A stretch of 64,000 nucleotides of DNA, taken from Candidatus Poribacteria bacterium. GTDB lineage: Bacteria > Abyssobacteria > SURF-5. Every line of letters starts with the position of its first letter. Positions within the stretch are counted from its first letter, which is position 1. The notes below the pieces were generated by a model, which was given only the letters and a program-made list of their open reading frames with translations, made no database searches and was not told the origin of the DNA. The stretch covers positions 7,771 to 71,770 of the forward strand of contig JACRIR010000051.1 of the NCBI GenBank assembly GCA_016215705.1, written 5' to 3'. Below, in pieces: positions 56,712 to 64,000 of this stretch. The position numbers and the translations under genes are program-made.

Positions 56712-58004
56712 GTGGGAGAATCTTTCAAGAGAACGATGGACGTCGTTGACGGTATCCTCAGGCCGATGGCCCAGGTTTGGAAGCAGAGCCCCATGCCGCC
56801 TTACGAGGATTACGGACACCTTTTCACCGAGTTGATTGACACTAACGCCGAGCATTTCGGGGACATTGCCGGCGCGATGGCGAACAAAGACCGCAGAGTC
56901 GCTCTGTTTGAATTCGGACTTGTCCCTCAACTCTTCTTTGCCTTCGACTGCGCGCCGCTTTGTCTCGAGTTCTACCCATCGTTTTTTACCCGGACCAATA
57001 TGAGTGTGGTTTACGAATTCCTCGATGCCGCTGAAGAAGCGGGAGTCCCGACGGATGTTTGCTCGACCGACCGGTTTATCCTGGGCGCGGCGTTGAGCGG
57101 AGAGCTGCCCCATAATTCGTTCTTCGTCACCTCGTCCGCGCCGTGTGACGGAACGCGAATAGCGTATCCGATCCTGCACAGAATATTGGATTGTCCCATA
57201 CTCTTCCTCGATGCCCCTTTCAGATACGATAGGGAGGCTGTGCAATATTACGCAAAGCAGTTGAGGGACGACCTTATCCCGTTCCTGGAGAAGAACACGG
57301 GAAAGAAGTTTGATCTCGACAGGTTTCGACAAGTTGTCACCGAGTCGAACACTGCCTATGAGTATCTGGTCGACACGCACGACGCATACACGGTGATGCC
57401 GGCCCCGCATCCCGGCATTCTGCGAATGTTCCCCTTTTCGAGCTTCATCATGGACGCGGGACACGCGCGACTCACAAAGACTTTGAGAATCCTGAGTGAG
57501 GACGCCGGCCGGAGAGTAAAGGAGGGCCGCACACAAGGGCCGTTCAAGGAGAAGCACCGTGTGCTCTGGGTGCATGTGCCTCCGACATACGATATGGATC
57601 TCTTTGCCTGGATGGAGGAGCAGTTTGGAGCGATGGTCGTGTCGAACTCGCTCTCAAGCACAACGATTCTTGAGCCCGTCGACACCACGAGCTTGGACTC
57701 TATGCTTGAGGGCGTGGCATGGCAGGGGCTCGATATGACAATGTCGCTTATGCGATTCGAAACGGAGAAACTCATTAACTTTTCGCTCGACGCATATGCC
57801 CGATATAATTGTGACTGCATGTTCGTCACTCAACACGTCGGGTGCAAGAGCATCTGCGGAGCCAGCGGCATGCTTGCCAAAATATGCCGCAAGAAAGATA
57901 TCCCCGTGCTTTTCATCGAGTTCGACTACAACGACGACAGGGTGCTGCCGCCGCAGTTGATGCGAAATCAGATCGAAGAGTTCTTCACAACCGTCATGGA
58001 TTGA
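56712..58004 (+). CDS. 2-hydroxyacyl-CoA dehydratase / benzoyl-CoA reductase B/C family protein (HGD-D component)
   Basis: 430 aa with the family Cys pattern (CSTDRF...SSAPCDGTR). Confidence 0.75.
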   Translation: MGESFKRTMDVVDGILRPMAQVWKQSPMPPYEDYGHLFTELIDTNAEHFGDIAGAMANKDRRVALFEFGLVPQLFFAFDCAPLCLEFYPSFFTRTNMSVVYEFLDAAEEAGVPTDVCSTDRFILGAALSGELPHNSFFVTSSAPCDGTRIAYPILHRILDCPILFLDAPFRYDREAVQYYAKQLRDDLIPFLEKNTGKKFDLDRFRQVVTESNTAYEYLVDTHDAYTVMPAPHPGILRMFPFSSFIMDAGHARLTKTLRILSEDAGRRVKEGRTQGPFKEKHRVLWVHVPPTYDMDLFAWMEEQFGAMVVSNSLSSTTILEPVDTTSLDSMLEGVAWQGLDMTMSLMRFETEKLINFSLDAYARYNCDCMFVTQHVGCKSICGASGMLAKICRKKDIPVLFIEFDYNDDRVLPPQLMRNQIEEFFTTVMD

Positions 58005-58015
58005 GGAGTGCCGAC

Positions 58016-59137
58016 TTGGAATGGCTGCGCTACTTTACTGAGACAGCTTCCCCTCTGAAAAACCCGGAAATCATCGCGTGGAAAGAAGCGGGGAAGCGCA
58101 TCATCGGAACCGTGTGCTCGAACATACCGGAGGAAGTGCTGCACGCAGCCGGCCTCCTGCCGGTTCGCCTTCGCGCGCCGGGTTTGCACGACACATCGAA
58201 TGCTGATTCTCAACTTCACAGGATTAACTGCTCCTATACGCGGTCGATTCTCGAAGAACTGCTGCGTGGCGACTTGGAGTTCCTCGATGGAATTATCACT
58301 ACCAACACGTGTGACCACATGCTGAGACTTGCCGGCGAGATTCAGGATCAGGCAGGCGTGTTTGTTCATTACTTCTCTATGTATCACACGCTCGGGAATG
58401 CAGCGGCCGAATGGTTTGTTCGCGAAATGGAAAGACTGATTGCCAGGGTCGAAGAATCATTCGGCGTCGAGGTCGCTGAGCGGAATCTCAGACAATCAAT
58501 AGCGGTCTATAATCGCACCCGCGAGCTCATGGCCGGGATAAACGAATTGAGAAAGAAAGACCCGCCCGCCGTGAGCGGCGCTGAATATCTCCGGATTGTC
58601 CTCAGCGGGATGTCAGGCCCCAAAGAGCGGTTCAACGACAGAATCGAGGCGCTGCTGCCGGAGCTTCGGAACAGGCGCGCAGGTGAGGCCGGCTTGCCGC
58701 GTCTTATGATTGTCGGAGGCGCTTGCGACTGTCCTGAGTTCATAGACTTTATCGAGCGCAAAGGCGCATCCATAGTAGCCGACGCCCTATGCTTTGGAGC
58801 GCGGCACTATCTCGGGACAATCAAAGAGGATTCCGCTTCTCCTTTGCGCGCAATCGCAGATCGCTACATCAGCCGGCCCGCTTGCCCCTCGATCATCGAC
58901 GGCTTTGAGCATAGCTACCGAATCCTCAGGCAATTCATCCAGGATTGGCGTGTTCAGGGTATCATCTGCGCCAGGCTCAAGTTCTGCGACCACTGGGGCG
59001 GCGCTCGAAAGATGCTGGCCGACGAATTGCGCAAGGAGGGAATTCCCCTTCTCGACCTCGAGCGCGAGTATGCCGCAACCGGCTCGGGCCAGATCAATAC
59101 GAGGGTACAGGCGTTCCTGGAAATGCTCAGGGGATAG
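58016..59137 (+). CDS. 2-hydroxyacyl-CoA dehydratase family protein (second HGD-D component subunit)
   Basis: TTG start with GAGGAG RBS 7 nt upstream. The ORF track extends to 57842, overlapping the previous gene. RIIGTVCSNIPEEVLHAAG and TTNTCDHMLR motifs. Confidence 0.75.
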   Translation: MEWLRYFTETASPLKNPEIIAWKEAGKRIIGTVCSNIPEEVLHAAGLLPVRLRAPGLHDTSNADSQLHRINCSYTRSILEELLRGDLEFLDGIITTNTCDHMLRLAGEIQDQAGVFVHYFSMYHTLGNAAAEWFVREMERLIARVEESFGVEVAERNLRQSIAVYNRTRELMAGINELRKKDPPAVSGAEYLRIVLSGMSGPKERFNDRIEALLPELRNRRAGEAGLPRLMIVGGACDCPEFIDFIERKGASIVADALCFGARHYLGTIKEDSASPLRAIADRYISRPACPSIIDGFEHSYRILRQFIQDWRVQGIICARLKFCDHWGGARKMLADELRKEGIPLLDLEREYAATGSGQINTRVQAFLEMLRG

Positions 59138-59191
59138 AATTCGAAGCCTGTTCCCTTGAGGCGAATAAAAAGCGAAAGTCATACCCACAAA

Positions 59192-59347
59192 TTAATCGCT
59201 GTTGTAAATTCGCGAATAATCGCCGGAAAGAACGTCTTGGTCCGCCTCGAAAGCTGACGCGGAGCAGCATGGGCTCCATCCGCAATTGATGCAAAGTTCG
59301 CAACCCTCAAGTATCGCCACGATTCCCCCACAATCCGGACAACTCAT
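59192..59347 (-). CDS. unannotated small Cys-rich (zinc-ribbon-like) protein, 51 aa
   Basis: MSCPDCGGIVAILEGCELCINCGWSPCCSASAFEADQDVLSGDYSRIYNSD. It has an ATG start with a GGGAG RBS. It lies downstream of and co-directional with lexA. It is below the 60-aa cutoff of the supplied ORF track. Confidence 0.35.
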   Translation of the reverse strand: MSCPDCGGIVAILEGCELCINCGWSPCCSASAFEADQDVLSGDYSRIYNSD

Positions 59348-59485
59348 GTTTACGTCTCCCTTCTTGAACAACGTTTACCGCAATCTCTTCGCAACATATG
59401 CCCATTCGGAAACACCGTGCCGACTGATATTCCCGGATAGGCTTCCATTCTCACGGTGACGATCTAAGTGCTTTCAAGATAGAAT

Positions 59486-60103
59486 TCAGTATCTGCGCAT
59501 CAAGCCTACGACTATTCCCTGGATGCGAATGTCGCGGTCCTTGACGATTATCGGCTGCAGAGATTCGTTGGCAGGCTGCAATCGAACCGAATCCTTTTCG
59601 CGATAGTACCTCTTGAGCGTCGCGTTCTCATTGTCGAGCAGAGCGACGACCGTTTGTCCGTTGTCCGCAGAGCGTCCTTCGACTACGATCACATAGTCGC
59701 CGTCCAAAATGTGATCGTCGACCATCGAATCTCCCTTCACCTTGAGAACAAACATCCTCCTCCCGCGCCTCGGCGCGAGTTCAGCCGGTACGGCTATCGA
59801 GTCTTTGTTCTCGACGGCCTGGATGGGCTCACCGGCGGCTATCGTCCCGAGCAGGGGAAGGTCAACCATTGGCGACATTTCCGGCAAATGTGACTCCACT
59901 ACTTCCACGGAACGTTTCCGATTGGGTTCGTGCCGGATGAATCCCTTTTGCCTCAAATGAGTAAGATGTTTATGGACCGTCGCAACCGAGGACATTCCAA
60001 ATCCCGCGCCGATTTCCTCGAGACTTGGAGAATAGCCTTTTTCCGCAACAAAATCTCTGACGAAATCGAGCACTTCCTTCTGCCTCCTGGTAAGTGTCGC
60101 CAT
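59486..60103 (-). CDS. lexA: SOS transcriptional repressor LexA
   Basis: 205 aa. N-terminal winged HTH. C-terminal S24 autopeptidase with Ser (VKGDSM) and Lys (NATLKRY) dyad. The Ala-Gly cleavage site is present (EPIQAVE...). Confidence 0.9.
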   Translation of the reverse strand: MATLTRRQKEVLDFVRDFVAEKGYSPSLEEIGAGFGMSSVATVHKHLTHLRQKGFIRHEPNRKRSVEVVESHLPEMSPMVDLPLLGTIAAGEPIQAVENKDSIAVPAELAPRRGRRMFVLKVKGDSMVDDHILDGDYVIVVEGRSADNGQTVVALLDNENATLKRYYREKDSVRLQPANESLQPIIVKDRDIRIQGIVVGLMRRY

Positions 60104-60186
60104 CTACAGGGATCTCCTTTCGCCTTCCTTAGTGCTCATTTTCAGAAATACGATGACGTATCCGTGCAACCTCCATAGGGATGACC

Positions 60187-60218
60187 CGCCGGGTCGCTCC
60201 TACAAAATACGTCGTAGG
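60187..60218. repeat. repeat family C variant, reverse-complement copy
   Basis: cgccgggtcgctcctacaaaatacgtcgtagg, upstream of lexA. Confidence 0.55.
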
Positions 60219-60366
60219 ATTTAGGAAACTGACTACTTGGGAGCGCCTGATCGCGCCCGCAGCCCATTCATTCTTCAAGCTTTAATTATAGGCGAAAGTT
60301 AGGCGAAAGTCAAGTCCAAAGTCAATCCCGCGAATACGACATAGGCGGAACTCACAACAAACGTAT

Positions 60367-61836
60367 TCACTTCGACAGCAACAGCGTGGTGAGGTTCTGT
60401 TTGGCCTTATCCGGATAGGTGATCACAATATCGGTGCGACCGTCGGAATTGAGGTCCATGGTCGTCATATCGCCATATGCCGGAACCCTAAGTTGAGAAT
60501 CAGGCTCATTAGGGAGGATTTCCACATGATTGGCGAAATAGAAGGAAAGCTGATCCTCCGATGTGCCGACTGCAAGGTCTTCCAGACCGTCACCGTTGAA
60601 GTCACCCGTGCCCCGCGCCGGTTCGCTTCCCGAATCGCTCACACTGATATAAATTGTGCGGCTGACCGAGGGTGAGTCCTCGTATCGCCCGTCCGACCCT
60701 AGTTTCCTGAGTTCGGCTTCGACGGCGATCCGGTTGGCAATAAAGTAATTGATGAAGAAACTGAATCCGACGCTGATATCCTGCAGAAGCATTTCCATCT
60801 TGCCGTCACCGGTGGCGTCGAGGAAGACAGGGAGAACTAGACGCGCTTTGCCGCCGTATGTATGGGCGGGCCGGCTGCCATATGAGAAATCACGATTCCC
60901 TAAGTAAATTCTGACTTCGCTCTCCAGGTCCTTTTTCTGCGACATCAGAGCAATGACGGCATCCGGAACCCCGTCGGCATTGAGGTCACGAAAATCAGTA
61001 GCCGCAATAAAGTCTTTCGTGAACTCCCTGATCAGTGGCGCACTGACGTGTCGCGTCGGCGAATCCGAGCCGCCGGTCAGGATAAAATCCATCCGTTCGA
61101 TGTCGAACATCCCGACGTCTGTCTTTTTATCCTTGTCGAAATCATTAAACTCGATCATGGGAAGTCGATAGCTCAAATGATCCTGTCCGCCCTCTTCCGC
61201 AACCGACGCAATCAGAGGGAATTCAAATTCTCGTGATTCAAGAAAGCCGGACTTTCCGTTACTGAGGAACAGTCTGAATCCGTCGACTACGGGCAGTATT
61301 ACATCCACTTTGTTGTCCGAGTTGAGATCTGCGGTCCAATTCACTTCAACAAGACGCCGGCTGGAGCGGGGGAGGAGCGTTTGATGCTGAACTCGTCTGC
61401 TGATCTTGGCGGCAGAGTCGGTTGTTGGCTTAAACACGACCATTCCCTCCGAATCAAATCCGCATAGCTCGTCCATGCCGTTGGAATCGACATCATCAAT
61501 GTCCACTGCGCTTATGTTCTTGCCCAGCCGGATTTCGGCTTGCGGCTCAGACGCGAATATGCCGCCCTGCTGGAAATAGATGGAACACGTTTTCTCGAAG
61601 GATTCCCTCGAAGGCTTATGGAACAGCAGCAGGTCGGTTGTGCCGTCACCGTTCAGGTCGCCGCTGGATGCCAGGAGCACCACTGTCGGCCGCTTCAAAG
61701 ATATAATATTGAAGTGAGAACCCCTTGCCGCATGGGCATGTCCGCCATCATCGGATTCGGCATCGGAAGTCATCGCCCCAAGAAGCAAAAGGGAAGAGAG
61801 AAGTAGTCGGTAAGCAGGCAAACGTGGGATGCTCAT
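60367..61836 (-). CDS. secreted FG-GAP / VCBS repeat beta-propeller protein
   Basis: Signal peptide. About 8 Ca-binding D-x-N/D-x-D-G repeats (DLNGDGTTDLLLF, DLNSDNKVDVIL, DLNADGVPDAVIA, DFNGDGLEDLAVG, DLNSDGRTDIVI). The start codon overlaps the recN stop (ATGA). Confidence 0.7.
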   Translation of the reverse strand: MSIPRLPAYRLLLSSLLLLGAMTSDAESDDGGHAHAARGSHFNIISLKRPTVVLLASSGDLNGDGTTDLLLFHKPSRESFEKTCSIYFQQGGIFASEPQAEIRLGKNISAVDIDDVDSNGMDELCGFDSEGMVVFKPTTDSAAKISRRVQHQTLLPRSSRRLVEVNWTADLNSDNKVDVILPVVDGFRLFLSNGKSGFLESREFEFPLIASVAEEGGQDHLSYRLPMIEFNDFDKDKKTDVGMFDIERMDFILTGGSDSPTRHVSAPLIREFTKDFIAATDFRDLNADGVPDAVIALMSQKKDLESEVRIYLGNRDFSYGSRPAHTYGGKARLVLPVFLDATGDGKMEMLLQDISVGFSFFINYFIANRIAVEAELRKLGSDGRYEDSPSVSRTIYISVSDSGSEPARGTGDFNGDGLEDLAVGTSEDQLSFYFANHVEILPNEPDSQLRVPAYGDMTTMDLNSDGRTDIVITYPDKAKQNLTTLLLSK

Positions 61837-63557
61837 CTGTTTCTTCGCGAGAGCGCCAGAAGCTCCTGGGCATGCTTGAGCGAGATTTGGCCGGTTGCCC
61901 CGCCGCCGAGCATTCTCGCAATTTCTTGCACACGTTCGCGGCCCGCGGGAAACGTGATCTCGGTGCGAGTGCGTCCGCCGCTCACAATCTTGTCAACGAC
62001 GATGTGGTTATCGGCCATGGCGGCTATTTGTGGCAGATGTGTTACGCAGATGACTTGATGCGAACCCGCCACGGAGAGCAGCTTTTCCCCGATGGGCATT
62101 CCCATGCTTGCGCCGACGCCGGCGTCTATCTCGTCGAATATGATCACCGGGACCTTGTCGGTTTCAGCCAGTATTGTTCGGATTGCAAGCATGATGCGCG
62201 ATATTTCGCCTCCGGACGCGATTGCCCGCAGCGGTCGGGGAGGCTCGCCCACGTTGGCCGACAGAAAGAATTCGACTCTGTCCACCCCCGTGCTCCAGAG
62301 TCTCCAGCGTTTTTCTTTATACTGCACGAGTCCTTCCGCGTCATGCTCCTGCCGGACGGAAACCAGGAATCTCGCTTTTCCCATGCCGAGGTCTCGCAGG
62401 TGCATTTCTATCTTTTTCTCAAGCAGCGCCGCGGCCTCGCTCCGCTTCTGAGATAACACAAATGCCACCTTGCCGGTTTCCTCTCGAAGATGCTCCATCT
62501 CCTGTTCAAGCCTGGTTCTTTCTCCGGATGAGTCGGCGAGCTGATTATACTCCTCATGCATGGTTCGTTTCAGTTCAATCAGTTCCCGGAGAGAATTGCA
62601 GCCGTGGCGTCGTTTCAATCTTGATATTGTCTCGAGGCGCCGCTCGAGAGTTTCCAATTCGGCCGGGTCATACTCGAGTTTCGATGAATAGACCCGAAGC
62701 ATTTCCGCCAGTTCGGAGAACCTGAACTTCAGTTCCTCATACTGCGCGAGAGATTGCCGAAATGGGAGGTCGATATCGGCTATCTCCTTGAGCGCTTGCA
62801 TTATGTTTTCCCACATATTGACCAGAGGTTGAGAGTGAGTCTCGCCCCCATAGAGCGTGTCATATGCGTCGGTAGCCAGACGGAAAAGTTTCTCCGAGTT
62901 TGCGATGACATCGCGCCGCGACTTGATCTCCTCGTCCTCGCCTTCCTTGAGTTCCGCACGGTCGAGCAATTCGAGTTCTTGCTGTAGTTCTGCAACACGT
63001 TGGCCGAGTGATGCTTCTCTTGCGAGGAAGCGCTCCAAAGACGATACGAGATGTTTCAGTTCCTGGTAACGTTGGCGGACAACGGCGGCGTCCGCCCCTA
63101 ATCCCGCAAAATCATCGAGAAGAGAGAGATGCCTTTCCGGGCTCATGAGTGATTGGTGTTCGTGCTGGCCGTGCATATCAACAAGCAGGCTTCCGACTTT
63201 GGATAGCAGGCTCAACGTCGCGACGGTCCCATTTAGGAAACATCTGCTCTTGCCTTCTATGCTGATAATTCGTCGGAGGACCAACTCATCGTGTGTCCCG
63301 TCGAGTTCCATCGAGTCCAGCAAATCCTTTACATGTATGCAATTGCTGATATCGAAGAGCGCCTGAATGTCCGCCATCTCGGCGCCCTTTCGGATGAAGA
63401 CACCGGCTGCCCTTTCGCCGAGCAGAAGGCTCATCGCGTCCACTATTATGGATTTCCCGGCGCCGGTCTCACCAGTCAATACGTTGAGACCTGTTTTCCA
63501 GGGAATGACAAGATCGTCGATCAACGCGAAGTTTCGGATGTGTAGGGTCTCGAGCAT
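61833..63557 (-). CDS. recN: DNA repair protein RecN
   Basis: 574 aa SMC-like protein. Walker A GETGAGKS and a coiled-coil middle. C-terminal signature and Walker B. Confidence 0.9.
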   Translation of the reverse strand: MLETLHIRNFALIDDLVIPWKTGLNVLTGETGAGKSIIVDAMSLLLGERAAGVFIRKGAEMADIQALFDISNCIHVKDLLDSMELDGTHDELVLRRIISIEGKSRCFLNGTVATLSLLSKVGSLLVDMHGQHEHQSLMSPERHLSLLDDFAGLGADAAVVRQRYQELKHLVSSLERFLAREASLGQRVAELQQELELLDRAELKEGEDEEIKSRRDVIANSEKLFRLATDAYDTLYGGETHSQPLVNMWENIMQALKEIADIDLPFRQSLAQYEELKFRFSELAEMLRVYSSKLEYDPAELETLERRLETISRLKRRHGCNSLRELIELKRTMHEEYNQLADSSGERTRLEQEMEHLREETGKVAFVLSQKRSEAAALLEKKIEMHLRDLGMGKARFLVSVRQEHDAEGLVQYKEKRWRLWSTGVDRVEFFLSANVGEPPRPLRAIASGGEISRIMLAIRTILAETDKVPVIIFDEIDAGVGASMGMPIGEKLLSVAGSHQVICVTHLPQIAAMADNHIVVDKIVSGGRTRTEITFPAGRERVQEIARMLGGGATGQISLKHAQELLALSRRNR

Positions 63558-63560
63558 ATG

Positions 63561-64000
63561 TTATCTGCGTCCCCAATTGAGTTTTGTGCGCAGGACCTCG
63601 AAGTAACTCTTGTTCGGAGAGGCGGCAAGATTAAGAGAGGAAGGAGACTTCCTCACAATGATATTGTCCCATTGATGAACCCGGATGGCGATCTGTCCGT
63701 CGATCATCAACCCTGTAGACACTCCCTCCGACACAACGATAACACGCAGCGTCTGCTCGGATGAAAGCACCAGCGGTCTGTTAGTGAGCATGTGGGGGCA
63801 TATTGGCGTAAGAACTATTACCTGCGCCTCCGGATAGACTATCGGTCCTCCTGCGGAGAGAGAGTGGGCCGTCGATCCGGTGGGGGTAGACACGATCAAA
63901 CCGTCGCAAGCGTAGGACGCAAGGAACTCATTGTCTACGTACGTTTCAAGAGTGAGCATCCGCTCCAGCGAGTCTCGCTGCACAACGACGTCATTCAGCG
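63561..64000 (-). CDS. nadK: NAD+ kinase, C-terminal part (gene continues beyond window end)
   Basis: DGLIVSTPTGSTAHSLSAGGPIV motif. 3 nt upstream of the recN start. Confidence 0.8.
   Translation of the reverse strand, partial: LNDVVVQRDSLERMLTLETYVDNEFLASYACDGLIVSTPTGSTAHSLSAGGPIVYPEAQVIVLTPICPHMLTNRPLVLSSEQTLRVIVVSEGVSTGLMIDGQIAIRVHQWDNIIVRKSPSSLNLAASPNKSYFEVLRTKLNWGRR

Overview
The window is a GC-rich (by eye, not computed), gene-dense chromosomal segment with about 49 protein-coding genes on both strands. I found no rRNA or tRNA genes, no CRISPR array and no obvious mobile element. It looks like a Gram-negative bacterium because of an LPS inner-core and lipid A gene block (lpxL-like acyltransferase, hldE, gmhB, two GT9 heptosyltransferases). 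The gene content also suggests an anaerobic lifestyle and selenocysteine use (selA, selB). Lineage cannot be assigned from sequence alone. 

Gene order, start to end:
- dnaE, 5'-truncated at the window edge.
- A secreted protein built from two tandem ~270-aa modules.
- The LPS/heptose block, which also contains a deoxyhypusine-synthase-like protein, a B12-binding radical SAM enzyme, a PMT-like membrane glycosyltransferase with TPR repeats, and a SAM methyltransferase.
- A complete livJHMGF branched-chain amino-acid ABC transporter.
- An S8 subtilase with an unusual Gly8-CFIATAAYGS C-terminal module.
- A TetR and MarR regulated operon carrying a divergent B12-dependent acyl-CoA mutase large subunit, a crotonase, an MmgE/PrpD-family protein, a family-III CoA-transferase, the B12-binding mutase subunit and a DSD1-type PLP enzyme.
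- selA and selB.
- A CHRD-domain secreted protein.
- A second, canonical methylmalonyl-CoA block (carboxyltransferase, biotin carrier, MCM large subunit, gamma-carbonic anhydrase).
- A DUF374-like acyltransferase, an SGNH-like hydrolase, a penicillin/AHL-acylase-family Ntn hydrolase, a molybdopterin oxidoreductase, an FAD oxidoreductase, an alpha-glucan phosphorylase and an SDR reductase.
- Two 2-hydroxyacyl-CoA dehydratase (HGD-D) component proteins with no activator in the window.
- An SOS module: lexA plus an unannotated 51-aa Cys-rich ORF, and a nadK-recN-FG-GAP operon.

Intergenic regions are populated by at least six families of short dispersed palindromic (REP/MITE-like) repeats. 

The candidates I rate most interesting are:
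- The regulator-linked mutase operon, which contains a second, divergent mutase paralog.
- The DHS-like and B12-radical-SAM genes embedded in the ADP-heptose pathway.
- An orphan consensus promoter with a terminator, a candidate sRNA.
- A perfect CRP-type palindrome upstream of the phosphorylase.
- A secreted FG-GAP protein translationally coupled to recN.
- A Cys-rich ORF with an in-frame TGA, a weak selenoprotein candidate.
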